Shown here: one piece after another, positions 21,220-30,538 of the stretch
Layout: the number at the start of each line of letters is the position of its first letter
Numbering within the stretch: position 1 is the stretch's first letter
IMG/VR virus record: IMGVR_UViG_3300048901_000236
Location: 6,407-70,406 of that record
Reading direction: 5' to 3' (one strand)
Length of the DNA: 64,000 nucleotides
Source: a virus
Taxonomy: Duplodnaviria > Caudoviricetes
The notes under the pieces: model-generated
What the model saw: only the letters and a program-made list of their open reading frames with translations
Told to the model about the DNA's origin: nothing
Databases searched by the model: none
Program-made: the position numbers and the translations under genes

Positions 21220-23225
21220 TTCAAGTAATGGGTCGACTCGACGGCTTCGGCGGACACCGGCAAATTCGGCATCCATGCCGGTGGCTTTGACATTATCCCC
21301 GCTACATCTTGTTTCGTGATCCCAGGATCGCATTCCGTGATCGCCTCGTCGTGGCTCGTCCATAAAACGTCGATTCCGGGGGTGTCTTGCAATTGCAACA
21401 CCTGCTCTGCAAAGCAATCCCGGGCGACTGCCTGGACTAAATTTTCTGTCAAGAGCCCCCCGTAGCAATTGTAGCGCCGGCCGCCGATTTCCGCGGTGGT
21501 GATCCATTTCCGCTCGTGCTTTCCCGTCTCCTCGTTCCGGACGGTTCGGCATTCCCGGCGCACGTCAAGGTAGCGCATCTTGCGGCCCGACGGAAGTTCC
21601 ATTTCAAAATGACTGCCGGCGCTGGCCTTGAATGCGTCGTCGAGCCGCCGCCAGATGCCGGGATTCTCGGGATCCCGCGAAGCAACCAGCGGATTGTCGG
21701 CGCGATAGCTTGCGACGATCTGTTTGCTTCGCTGTCCGTAGCCGGACACCAGAATCGGCTTTCCCTCTTTGTCGAGACAGACTTCGCCCGTCTCGGGACT
21801 CCGCGCCTCGATCCACTCGGGATCGCCCTTCGTGATGTCGATCCCGGCCATGTTGTGGGCGACGGTGATGAACTTCTCCCAGCCGCAGCCAAACCCTAGC
21901 CCCAGCACCTGGGCCTTGGACAGCGCGTAGCCGTCCTTGTCCTCCTTCTTCATGTCGCCGCCCTTCCAGCCCATTTTCGTGCGAGCGAATGCGATGTAAG
22001 GAGACACGCCTTGGCGCATCAGGTCGAGCATCGCGGTGTCTCCCACCAGGGCGGCTAGCACGCGCGGCTCGATTTGCGAAAGGTCCGACAGAATCAGTTT
22101 CTTGCCCGGCCGCGCGATGAAAAGCTTCCGGATGTCGAGCACCGCGGTGACGTAGGCCGGCCGCGGCTGCCCCGTGGACTCGCACCGGTCGATCTCCTTC
22201 AGCCGGTCCTCCTGGCAAATCAGCAGCCCGCACTCGTCTCGATACAGCGGAAACTTCCGGAGATTCTGCATATTCATGCCAGCGTCTCCAGACCAGCGGC
22301 CAGTGTGTGCGCCGAAATACTTCAGACCGAAATTGAAGATGCCGCCCGGCTGAAGTCGAAGGTTGATTGTCTGAAGCGAGTCGAGAAACTTGTTGACGCT
22401 GCGCCAGTTCGCGACGTTAGCGATCCAGGTGTGCGTTGTGCCGTATGCCTTTTCCCAGGCGTCGAACCGTTCCTGCCCGTCGTCGAAATGTGACTTCACC
22501 GGCGGACACGGGATCCCGTGCTTCCGGCATTCTTCGGCAATCGCCTTGGGGCTCGTGGGCTTCTTGCCCTCCTTCATCCAGGGCAGCGTCTCTTCGGTCG
22601 CCTGCAACATCTGGGTTGCGACGACAATGTATTCCTTCAACAGCTCTAGATCGATTTGCACCCCGCGGTCGCCCTGCCAGATCGTCAGCTCGGAGAGTCG
22701 TCGCTCCCAGGCCGGCCACAGATGACCGTAGCGTGTAAACAGCGCATGACAATGCAGCGCGTCAGACCGCGCGTAGGCCAGCATCTCTTCGGACCGGCCG
22801 TCCTTGATCATGTCCTCCCAGTGCTTGCCGCTCGCGTAATCGCGCGTCTCCTTGGACAGCTCGATGCCCAGGAGAAATCCGCAGGCGTCCTTCAGCGAGC
22901 GGCGATTGCAAAGATACGCGGACATGTTCGCCGTGCAGAGCCAATCGGCATACGCAACCGTCGGGGCCATGCCCTTTCGGACCATCGCGTTGTAGACCGT
23001 CGCGTCGAACGCTTTGTTGTGCGACAGCAGCGTTGCACCCTCCAACGCGGACCAATTGAAATCCTTGGGGTGCCCGGCCCACGTCTCGGATCCGTCCGAG
23101 ACAGAGATCATGAAGGGGTCAAATCTCGCGTCGTCGCAGTATTTCCACTGGCCTAGCTGGGCGATGCCGTATTCGGTTTTCTTGTCGTAGAAGGTTTCAA
23201 AGTCGACGGAAATTATTCTGCTCAT
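21216..23225 (-). CDS. family A DNA polymerase with 3'-5' exonuclease
   Basis: Exo I VDFET, Exo II HNKAFD, Exo III YARSD; HTGRWSG; motif A DLSQIEPR; motif B SKAQVLGLGFG; motif C SHDE. Confidence 0.93.
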   Translation of the reverse strand: MSRIISVDFETFYDKKTEYGIAQLGQWKYCDDARFDPFMISVSDGSETWAGHPKDFNWSALEGATLLSHNKAFDATVYNAMVRKGMAPTVAYADWLCTANMSAYLCNRRSLKDACGFLLGIELSKETRDYASGKHWEDMIKDGRSEEMLAYARSDALHCHALFTRYGHLWPAWERRLSELTIWQGDRGVQIDLELLKEYIVVATQMLQATEETLPWMKEGKKPTSPKAIAEECRKHGIPCPPVKSHFDDGQERFDAWEKAYGTTHTWIANVANWRSVNKFLDSLQTINLRLQPGGIFNFGLKYFGAHTGRWSGDAGMNMQNLRKFPLYRDECGLLICQEDRLKEIDRCESTGQPRPAYVTAVLDIRKLFIARPGKKLILSDLSQIEPRVLAALVGDTAMLDLMRQGVSPYIAFARTKMGWKGGDMKKEDKDGYALSKAQVLGLGFGCGWEKFITVAHNMAGIDITKGDPEWIEARSPETGEVCLDKEGKPILVSGYGQRSKQIVASYRADNPLVASRDPENPGIWRRLDDAFKASAGSHFEMELPSGRKMRYLDVRRECRTVRNEETGKHERKWITTAEIGGRRYNCYGGLLTENLVQAVARDCFAEQVLQLQDTPGIDVLWTSHDEAITECDPGITKQDVAGIMSKPPAWMPNLPVSAEAVESTHYLK

Positions 23226-23234
23226 GGGACTTGT

Positions 23235-23262
23235 AAGGTTCGCCCACTGGGCGATTTGTCAA
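23235..23262 (-). promoter_or_regulatory. class II promoter-like motif upstream of DNA polymerase
   Basis: TTGACAA-N15-AACCTT, 9 nt before ATG 23225. Confidence 0.65.
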
Positions 23263-23652
23263 TCATCGGCGCGACGCTGGCGCAGGCGGGATCTGGGTTT
23301 GGTCAACCTTGGACAACATTGACTCCGGCGGCAGGGTAAAAGAAATTTTTGTCTCCGACCGGTATTTCTTTCCGGCCCGAAAATACTTTCGCCAGATGTC
23401 TCCGTCCTCCTCGCCGAACCCGTCCAGGACGAACAAAATCGTCGGGTGCCGTTTAGAGATCGTGATCATGTGGTCCTCGTGATCATACCACTTGCAGGAA
23501 TCCTCAAACGGATCGTAATCCTCCAGCGCGACAACTTCGGCGACGAAGTCCGGCAGCGCACGGGGCTTCTCGCCTAGGACAGTGACAAGCGGATCGGTGG
23601 GTGCCAATGAAGGCGGAACGGCGGTGAGTGTGTATCGAGTGCAGTATCCCAT
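23263..23652 (-). CDS. conserved-type phage hypothetical protein
   Basis: KWYDHEDHM..IS..HP..LF.LDG.GEE..DIW..YF pattern seen in phage hypotheticals. Confidence 0.6.
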   Translation of the reverse strand: MGYCTRYTLTAVPPSLAPTDPLVTVLGEKPRALPDFVAEVVALEDYDPFEDSCKWYDHEDHMITISKRHPTILFVLDGFGEEDGDIWRKYFRAGKKYRSETKISFTLPPESMLSKVDQTQIPPAPASRR

Positions 23653-23693
23653 AGGTTTTAATAAGGTAGTAGTTCGGATTCTCGTTCAACTCT

Positions 23694-24314
23694 TCATCTC
23701 AGAGTTTTGCCGATGGACGGGTGCCCGTGAACCTTCGTGAGCACAATTTTCTGAACCGCCTCGTTGAGCTTGATCTCGGCGCAACGCAGCGTGCGCCCGT
23801 TGATGAACCAATCCGACTCGGGATCGGGCGTGACAGTATCCGACTTGGCGAACCCCTGGGCGATCTCGCGGATCAATGATTCCAGGTTGGCTTCGACGGA
23901 GTCCAGGAATTCCTTCGACACGCGATTGAACTTGCCGGCGCGCTTCTCGCGGCTGACCTTCAGCGCGAACGCTTTGACCGCGGAACGATTGATGATGGAC
24001 GGGCGTCCGGCGGTGGGAGTTGTCAAAAGTTCCCAGCCCTCCGCAGCAACAGGCGGCTTGGCCTTCGCTTTCCGTTGAGGCAATTTCGGAGTGGCGGGTA
24101 AAATAGGTTTTGGGACAAACGATGGTTTCGTATTCACAACGGGCGCTAGGCCCGCCTTGGGGTATCGACGACGATACATATCCATGATCTTCGTCGCCTC
24201 GGGCGGAGTGAGATTATAGGGCTTGCCGGTCAAGCGATGCCCGAGCTGCTCGGGGGTGTGGTTGTGCTGAAAGGCGAATACCAATGTTTCTTCGATTTGT
24301 GGTTGAGTCATCAT
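23694..24314 (-). CDS. putative histone-fold DNA-binding protein with Pro/Lys-rich linker
   Basis: IINRSAVKAF (helix 1), RVS loop, long amphipathic helix, terminal HPSIGKTL; pattern recognition only. Confidence 0.4.
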   Translation of the reverse strand: MMTQPQIEETLVFAFQHNHTPEQLGHRLTGKPYNLTPPEATKIMDMYRRRYPKAGLAPVVNTKPSFVPKPILPATPKLPQRKAKAKPPVAAEGWELLTTPTAGRPSIINRSAVKAFALKVSREKRAGKFNRVSKEFLDSVEANLESLIREIAQGFAKSDTVTPDPESDWFINGRTLRCAEIKLNEAVQKIVLTKVHGHPSIGKTLR

Positions 24315-24316
24315 AT

Positions 24317-24345
24317 AACTTACTTCACAATCATCATTTTGTCAA
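24317..24345 (-). promoter_or_regulatory. sigma70-like promoter (class I)
   Basis: TTGACA-N17-TAAGTT; ATGs at 24314 and 24311 lie 2 and 5 nt downstream. Confidence 0.6.
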
Positions 24346-24532
24346 ATTCGACTTTTGTTGCCGCGGGGAGTTGCGCGATTTCCCAGCCGTCAGGAAGTTT
24401 CGGCATCCAGTTCTCGAACGATTGCATTTTCTTTTCGCCGACTAGTTCGATTTGGCCGGATCCATTCACCAAATTGCGAACGATCCAGATCGTGCCTGTT
24501 GGCTGGTGGATTAAATAATCACCGATGTTCAT
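24320..24532 (-). CDS. small hypothetical protein (70 aa)
   Basis: MNIGDYLIHQPTG...; ATGA-coupled. Confidence 0.5.
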   Translation of the reverse strand: MNIGDYLIHQPTGTIWIVRNLVNGSGQIELVGEKKMQSFENWMPKLPDGWEIAQLPAATKVEFDKMMIVK

Positions 24533-24750
24533 AGATCGGAATGCCCAACTAAGTGAACATTTTCTGGATATTTCAAAATCGAAACTCCATGGACTCCTTC
24601 GCACCTTTTACCATGACTTTTTGCCTTCCAATAGACAACGCCGTTATGGTCGGTATCTAATTTAACCAACTTGGCCAGCCAATAGCATTCGGAAGTAATG
24701 AATTCCACGATGTCTCCCGGTTTCAGATTTTCGGCTTGTTCCTTAGTCAT
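24529..24750 (-). CDS. small hypothetical protein (SH3-like beta pattern)
   Basis: MTKEQAENLKPGDIV...; ATGA-coupled. Confidence 0.5.
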   Translation of the reverse strand: MTKEQAENLKPGDIVEFITSECYWLAKLVKLDTDHNGVVYWKAKSHGKRCEGVHGVSILKYPENVHLVGHSDL

Positions 24751-25349
24751 TCTCCCTCCAATCCGAGATCAACCTTCATGACTTCGCCGTTGCACGGGCA
24801 CTTCACGGGTCCGTAGGTGTCGAGCCACTTCCGCGCAGTGCGTGCCAGATAGCCACACGCCGCGCACTCCATCTTGTTCATGCGCGTGGTCTGCGTCTTC
24901 GGTTCGGTCGACGGACGCAACGCAGAGTGCGGGAACGCACCCAGCTCGATCGCCATCGCTTCCATCCTGGCGACGAGATCCGCGCCGGCGACGGTCGCTG
25001 TCGGCTTGCCCTCCAGGCCGAGCTTTTTCATAACCTTCACGAACTTCGGTCCGTGCTTCGCATCCGGTCCAGCGGCGACGTGGACGATCTCGTGAACCAG
25101 CGTCGCGAGCACGCCGCCGGCGGTGGCGACATTTTCATCCAGGACCGGCGAGATGAATATCTGGGGCTTGCCATCGGCCGCCGTCGCGCCGAACCAGCAT
25201 TGGCCGATGGTGCGCTTTTTCTGCGCAAGGCCGCCGCGGGATGGCCAGCCCACCGACACGCGGATCTCGGGGATTGTGTGTCCGTGTCCGAGGAAAATCG
25301 GCCGGAGTTTTGAGACGGCGGCGTCGAGCCACGCTTCGCGATTGTTCAT
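24747..25349 (-). CDS. SprT-like zinc metalloprotein
   Basis: TLVHEIVH...HGPKF and C-terminal CAACGY...CPC. Confidence 0.8.
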   Translation of the reverse strand: MNNREAWLDAAVSKLRPIFLGHGHTIPEIRVSVGWPSRGGLAQKKRTIGQCWFGATAADGKPQIFISPVLDENVATAGGVLATLVHEIVHVAAGPDAKHGPKFVKVMKKLGLEGKPTATVAGADLVARMEAMAIELGAFPHSALRPSTEPKTQTTRMNKMECAACGYLARTARKWLDTYGPVKCPCNGEVMKVDLGLEGE

Positions 25350-25735
25350 AGATTTTCGAGGATGAATTTTTTCGCCTCGGCTTTGTTATCAACCGCGTGG
25401 TCGTCATAACCCCCGCACGAAAATGAGAATTTATCAGACTTCAAGTATTCGAGGGTCGTCGGTTCGGGGGTCCACTGGTCATCATATCCGTAGCACGAAC
25501 AATGCCCCGCATGATTCTCAAATAACGCTCCTGTTTCCCGGTCGCGGAGAAGAAACCACGCGGAGGAATCGCATCCCCAGCTCCCCTCGCTCATGTAAGC
25601 AATGAGGATCTGGAATTTGTCCAGCTCGGTGCGCTGGACCTTGAAGTCCTCCGCGATTTTGTTTCGGACTTCCTCGGGAGAATTGTTGGCAAAATCTTCG
25701 AGGGCTAGCGGATTTTTGTATTCGAGTCTTTTCAT
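25346..25735 (-). CDS. conserved-type phage hypothetical protein
   Basis: GSWGCDSSAWFLL...LFENHAGHCSCYG motif. Confidence 0.6.
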   Translation of the reverse strand: MKRLEYKNPLALEDFANNSPEEVRNKIAEDFKVQRTELDKFQILIAYMSEGSWGCDSSAWFLLRDRETGALFENHAGHCSCYGYDDQWTPEPTTLEYLKSDKFSFSCGGYDDHAVDNKAEAKKFILENL

Positions 25736-25741
25736 TGATTC

Positions 25742-25769
25742 AAGTTACCACACCCCCGAAAAAAGTCAA
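25742..25769 (-). promoter_or_regulatory. sigma70-like promoter (class I), probably leaderless
   Basis: TTGACT-N16-TAACTT preceded by TGTGG; ATG 25735 follows 6 nt later. Confidence 0.65.
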
Positions 25770-25804
25770 GGGGGCCGAGTGAAAATCATTTCCACTGGGC
25801 CCCC
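25759..25804 (-). terminator. putative intrinsic terminator downstream of the SSB-like gene
   Basis: GGGGGCC-C-AGTGGAAA-TGA-TTTTCACT-C-GGCCCCC hairpin followed by TTGACTTTTTT. Confidence 0.5.
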
Positions 25805-25852
25805 GGTCTTCGGACCTATGCCCCCGTCCGGGGGACTATTGCCCTAGACAGT

Positions 25853-26776
25853 TTAGGCGCAGCCGCGGACTTCCTGGACGAACTGTAGGAACGCCGGCGT
25901 CGACGCCTCGGCCGGACGGACCACGGGGATCCAGGCCATGTTGGTGCCGTAGCTCTCCAGCTTCGTGGTCAGCGTCCACGCGCGTGTCGGGTATCCCTCA
26001 CGGAGATGGCCGATTTTGCGGGCGGTGAAGAAGTGTTTGGCCGCATTGGTGAACGCGGTGCCTTTCATGCTCCACAACGCGAGCGCATACTGCTTGCCTT
26101 CGCAGGTGTAGGGGAACTGGATATTGCCGTCATCCTTGAGATCCGCGGGCCGCTCAATCAAAAGCAGCGCAGTGGAGAGTGCCTGAAAATACTTCAGGGG
26201 CTTCACCGCCGGATTGGCTTTCGCGGCCTGCACGGATTGATCCCATTCCTTGTAAGCCAGCGTGCCGCCGGCGCGGGCGACTTCGGCCTCGCTATTCACG
26301 AGGAGTCCCTGCACGTTGCCGGAAACCTTCTCGGCGAACTGCTTTTTCTTGAACCCGATCAGGGTGATCTTCAGCGGCGGCGTGCCGGCGATTTTCTTCT
26401 CCGTCTGAGCCGGCGTGTGGATGACGAACGTGCTGTTCAGCACGATCTCGCCAGGGTTGAACACCTTCATCAGATCGCCGATGTTCTGCACGATGTTGAC
26501 GCGCGGCAGATACACATCGCTGAATTTGATGTCGTTCTCGTCGAATTCGATCGGCGAATCGCTGACGGCAGGGACGCCGACTTCAGCAACGGGCACCAGG
26601 GCGGTGACGGGGGCCGTGGGAATCTCCGCGGCTGGCGCGACGGCGGCCGGACTGACCACGGTCGAGGCAACATTGATGACCGGCGCGGATGGCACGGGGA
26701 CTCCTGCCACTGCCTCGCCTTGGACGGCGGGCGCATCGGCCGAGGGTTTGACGGCTGAGAAACTAATCTTACTCAT
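25853..26776 (-). CDS. putative ssDNA-binding/recombination-accessory protein
   Basis: Ala/Pro-rich N-terminus, then DVYLPRVNIVQ...PGEIV...WSMKGTAF...WIPVV; located between the DUF2800-like nuclease and pol. Confidence 0.4.
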   Translation of the reverse strand: MSKISFSAVKPSADAPAVQGEAVAGVPVPSAPVINVASTVVSPAAVAPAAEIPTAPVTALVPVAEVGVPAVSDSPIEFDENDIKFSDVYLPRVNIVQNIGDLMKVFNPGEIVLNSTFVIHTPAQTEKKIAGTPPLKITLIGFKKKQFAEKVSGNVQGLLVNSEAEVARAGGTLAYKEWDQSVQAAKANPAVKPLKYFQALSTALLLIERPADLKDDGNIQFPYTCEGKQYALALWSMKGTAFTNAAKHFFTARKIGHLREGYPTRAWTLTTKLESYGTNMAWIPVVRPAEASTPAFLQFVQEVRGCA

Positions 26777-28050
26777 TTTGTTTTTTCTTTCTTGGTTTTT
26801 GGTTTTTTGGTTGTGGACATTTTCAGAAAAGCGAATGGTTGACCCATTTCAATCGCCCCTGCTTCGAGCGCTGCTTTTCCGAAAGCTTCGACGGCTTTGG
26901 ACTTCTGTCCCCTGGGCGTCGCAAGTTCAATGACTTCTTCAACCCCGCCAATGGGAAGGTCGAAGAGTTTTTCGATCTCGGCATCCATGCTGACCGGCAC
27001 GAATTTCTTCGCCACGTCGGCGAATAGCCGGGCGTTGAGAACCTTGCGCTTCGTGCGCGTTTCGAGCGTGTAGCCGGTCGGGATGAAATCCGGATCGGTG
27101 ATCGACTTCTCCGTGGCGCGGGCACGGAACGATTCCGCCCAGGTCTTCGCAATCGCGGCGAATTGAATGCCGATTGCGGTGTCCTCAGGATCCAGGATCA
27201 TCGTCGGGTTCACGTTTTGGGGCACCTGGAGGGGGGCGAATTTTTCGCTGACGCGCGCAACCATCTCGGTCACTTTGGGACATTGGCCAATCAGCGCGCA
27301 GAAAAGACATGCGCCCGTGTTCGGATTCGCAGCGGCGAAATTGTTCGGATCTTTGCGAGCATCCTGGGCAGCCCGAACTACGCGCCGAATCCGCGTATGA
27401 AACAACATCAAATTCTCGTCATTCAAATCGAACGCATGAACGTCCAGCTCGTCCCGGTGCGGCAGCACAAAGTGAATGGTGCAGCGCTTGAGCTTCGGAA
27501 ACCTTTTCTTGAGTCCTAACATGTAAGCAATCCCTTGCAAATTGTTCTCCGTCGATTCAACCGCCCATTGGCCAAATTTCCAGTCGATGATTTCGGCTTC
27601 GGTTTCGTCGGTTGAGACGACGGCGTAATCGAGATAACCAGCAGTCGTGCCCCGAAATCGTTTAGTGACGATTGGTTGCGTCCATTGAACCGTTTCGACT
27701 CCGGGAAACGGGTTTGCGGCTGGATTGGGATCCAATTTCCCCGTGCCATCCGTTTCGGTGATCTCAATGATTTCGTTATCGATCGGAAGATAATTCTCCT
27801 TGATCACCGTGCCGCCCTTGTATTTCTTGGCGATGCTATCCGCGTAGGCCAAACATTCCGCGACAGCCAGGGCTTGGTTGTCGGTCATGTGCGCCGAGTC
27901 GGATTCACCGTCAACGGCGTCGTGTTGGATTGTGCCGGCGCGCGACGCAGCGGAATCAGTCGAATGAGATTCGTATTTCGGGCAGGCCTCCAATGCTTGG
28001 AGTTTCGACGGAGAAAATGGGTGATGGACTCGTGTGTTCGCGTCGCTCAT
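26773..28050 (-). CDS. PD-(D/E)XK Cas4-like exonuclease (DUF2800-type)
   Basis: FSPSK...CP, GTIQH, GYLDY...IIDWKFG, NNLQGIAY, CLFCALIGQCP. Confidence 0.8.
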   Translation of the reverse strand: MSDANTRVHHPFSPSKLQALEACPKYESHSTDSAASRAGTIQHDAVDGESDSAHMTDNQALAVAECLAYADSIAKKYKGGTVIKENYLPIDNEIIEITETDGTGKLDPNPAANPFPGVETVQWTQPIVTKRFRGTTAGYLDYAVVSTDETEAEIIDWKFGQWAVESTENNLQGIAYMLGLKKRFPKLKRCTIHFVLPHRDELDVHAFDLNDENLMLFHTRIRRVVRAAQDARKDPNNFAAANPNTGACLFCALIGQCPKVTEMVARVSEKFAPLQVPQNVNPTMILDPEDTAIGIQFAAIAKTWAESFRARATEKSITDPDFIPTGYTLETRTKRKVLNARLFADVAKKFVPVSMDAEIEKLFDLPIGGVEEVIELATPRGQKSKAVEAFGKAALEAGAIEMGQPFAFLKMSTTKKPKTKKEKTK

Positions 28051-28095
28051 ATTCGTGGGATAGAGACTAACCGCTCGTGGTGGGGTATCCAACCT

Positions 28096-28281
28096 TTATT
28101 TGCCGAGAATTCTCCGGGCCATCGCTTTGTGCCGCGGATGGAAATTCGGATTGTGCTCGATGGCGTTCAGAAGCCGCTCCTGGGCCTGCGCTTTGGCCTT
28201 CGTGGTGTTCTTGGCCTTGACGCCGTTCGGAGTGGAAACCCGGTAGCCGCCGCCTTTTTGTTTTGCAATTTTAACTGGCAT
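28096..28281 (-). CDS. small basic phage protein
   Basis: KGGGYRVSTPNGVKAKNTTKAKAQAQERLL pattern. Confidence 0.55.
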   Translation of the reverse strand: MPVKIAKQKGGGYRVSTPNGVKAKNTTKAKAQAQERLLNAIEHNPNFHPRHKAMARRILGK

Positions 28282-29767
28282 AGTGAGAGAAAAGTTCCGC
28301 ACTGGAACGGTTTGTCAATGGCAGATTCCCGGCCCAAAGATCGCCATCATTCAGCGCGTCGATCTGATTCAATTTGCACGCGAGTGCGCGGTGGATCTTC
28401 TCCTGTCGGGTCCCCGCAATCAGCGGAATGCGATAGAGCGAACGAGACTTGGCGCCCGCGCGCGGCAGCCTACCGAACACCTGGCGCATGATCACGCCGG
28501 AATAGTTGAGAGACGCCACGCCGCCGCGCGGAAACCGCCCGTGCAAATCGTGCAGCGAAATCGAAATGCCGCCGGCCGCGGAGATGGCGATCAGCACCGG
28601 CTCTTTGTCATCCTGGAAGTCGTCGATATTTTGTTGCCGGTGCTTCGGATTCTGGCCCCCGTAGATCAGACATCCCGTCTTGAACCGCTTCGCCAGCTCC
28701 TCCATCGTCTGCCGGTAGTTGACGAAGATCGGAACGTGCAGCCCGGCTTCCAAAAGCTGGTTCGTGATTTCTTCAAACACCGGCACCATGACTAACTCAA
28801 GTTCCTGTTGGATCCGCAGCATCTTCGTGATCTCCAGGTCGGGCACGTCGGTCGCGCGGAGAGTGTTCAGTGCTTGGACACAATCGTCCATCTGCTCGTA
28901 AAGCTCCTCCATCTTGCCGGACTCCTTCAGATCATACAGCTCCGCGGTGATCTGGCACTCCGGCCAGCTCGCGAATTCAGATTCTGGAACCCGGCCACCG
29001 AACTTAGGAAAAATCAGATGGTGAAGCCGGGCCATGTTCGCCAGCCGCTCACTCTCCTCGCCGCCGAAATAAAGACCACCAAAGGGATGGCGCTTGACCC
29101 CGTGATTGAAAGCAAATCTATAAAAACCGTTTTCTCCGATTAAAGTATGTAACCCCAGGGCATATCCCAATGCCCTTAAATTAAGGGGGCTGTCGGCGGC
29201 GGTTGCGCTCATCGCGAGGATCTTTATGCCCTGGCGTTTGGCCGCGACTAACATTTCAGACTGGAGCGATTCTAACGCCCCGAATCGGTGGGCCTCGTCG
29301 ACGACCAAAAACTTGATGCCTTCATTCCAAATGAATTTTCCGTAGTCGTGGGGCACTTTCTTCGTCTCGATGCAATGGATGCCAGTGCGCTCTAGCGCGC
29401 ATGGTTTCGCTGTGGCCGGGTCGATCTCGCATTGGCACGCGAGACAAACGAATTTGACGGGTGATGGGCCCGGGGGTTTGGGATTGCTCCAAATTCCATA
29501 GGGAGTTTTGCCGGTGCGGACCATCTCCGGATTGATTACGTCAAATTCGACGCCCAGATGTTCGCCCATTCGCCGCCAGGGGGTTAATGAGATCTGCGGA
29601 GCTAGCACCAAAGTGGGTAGGTCCAGCTCGCGAATTACGCCGCCGGCGGTGAACGTTTTGCCAGATCCCATTTTGGAGCCGTCCAGCACGTTCTGACCGG
29701 CCCGCAGCAGCTTCACAAAGTGATCGCCCAGGGTGACTTGATAGGGGTAGAGCCCCGCGGAATTCAT
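28271..29767 (-). CDS. superfamily 2 (SNF2/DEAH-like) helicase
   Basis: MGSGKT, VVDEAH, MSAT, QVFGRLPR. Confidence 0.85.
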   Translation of the reverse strand: MNSAGLYPYQVTLGDHFVKLLRAGQNVLDGSKMGSGKTFTAGGVIRELDLPTLVLAPQISLTPWRRMGEHLGVEFDVINPEMVRTGKTPYGIWSNPKPPGPSPVKFVCLACQCEIDPATAKPCALERTGIHCIETKKVPHDYGKFIWNEGIKFLVVDEAHRFGALESLQSEMLVAAKRQGIKILAMSATAADSPLNLRALGYALGLHTLIGENGFYRFAFNHGVKRHPFGGLYFGGEESERLANMARLHHLIFPKFGGRVPESEFASWPECQITAELYDLKESGKMEELYEQMDDCVQALNTLRATDVPDLEITKMLRIQQELELVMVPVFEEITNQLLEAGLHVPIFVNYRQTMEELAKRFKTGCLIYGGQNPKHRQQNIDDFQDDKEPVLIAISAAGGISISLHDLHGRFPRGGVASLNYSGVIMRQVFGRLPRAGAKSRSLYRIPLIAGTRQEKIHRALACKLNQIDALNDGDLWAGNLPLTNRSSAELFSHYAS

Positions 29768-29988
29768 ACCCTGGCGACACTGACCGGCCGGGAGTCCAGG
29801 TCCGGCATCACGCGTGTAAACGCGTTGGCGATGAAATCGGGGAAAAATGATTCGCGCCGGCGCTCCCAGGATTCGCCCTCGATGGTTTCGGTGCCGTTTG
29901 GATTCAGCGCTATTACGCGGACAATCTGTTGGTTGTGAACCCGCTGCCAGCGGGTGCCTACCTTCACTTCTTCGGTTCGTTTGTTCAT
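29764..29988 (-). CDS. small hypothetical protein
   Basis: 74-aa ORF, overlap-coupled. Confidence 0.5.
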   Translation of the reverse strand: MNKRTEEVKVGTRWQRVHNQQIVRVIALNPNGTETIEGESWERRRESFFPDFIANAFTRVMPDLDSRPVSVARV

Positions 29989-29989
29989 G

Positions 29990-30538
29990 TCAAAACCACA
30001 CTCCTTTCAGCTCCAGCCGGCCGTCGAATAGTTCTTCATCTAGTTTGGTCCATTTGCCCGTGCTAGGCTCGATCACCCACCAAATGCCGTCCTTGGTGCG
30101 GGTTAAAACGACGGCGTGTTCACCTTCGAAATCGATTCCCAGTTCCGGAATCGGTTGAGTTAACCGCACGGCGGCGAGCCCCGCGAGAAGCCCGTATTCC
30201 ATCTGAGGATGCGAGTGCATGGCTTCGCGACGGAGGAAAATTAACATCTCCCAGGCGAGATCGTCGCAATCATGAAGTTCGGCAACGTAGGTTTTATCAA
30301 CTTTCTTGAAAGCCGCGGCGGTCCATTTCTCCATCGTCTCTTTCGAGACAGAGACATATCGATTGTCGAAAAAAGTAATCCCCGCCAGCTCCGATGAATC
30401 CGCAAAAAGAAATCTATGCGCCAATTCCTGCTGCACATAGATCGGAGACAGTCCTTGATAGACTTCCACTTTTGGTTTGTCTTCAGATGCAAAGACCGGC
30501 AATGCCAGGGCGAAAAGAATTGATAAAAAATTTTTCAT
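29990..30538 (-). CDS. secreted papain/transglutaminase-like protein (MOA-lectin C-terminal-like)
   Basis: Signal peptide MKNFLSILFALALPVFA; DCDDLA...EHAVV...WWVIEPS (Cys-His-Glu pattern). Confidence 0.6.
   Translation of the reverse strand: MKNFLSILFALALPVFASEDKPKVEVYQGLSPIYVQQELAHRFLFADSSELAGITFFDNRYVSVSKETMEKWTAAAFKKVDKTYVAELHDCDDLAWEMLIFLRREAMHSHPQMEYGLLAGLAAVRLTQPIPELGIDFEGEHAVVLTRTKDGIWWVIEPSTGKWTKLDEELFDGRLELKGVWF

Noticed and set aside
23655-23690. Possible further promoter TTGAAC...TACCTT upstream of 23652
   Set aside because: Spacing and -35 fit neither class well.
26773-28050. Cas4-like nuclease suggesting a CRISPR-Cas system
   Set aside because: No repeat-spacer array or other cas genes seen; DUF2800-type nucleases are standard in phage replication modules.
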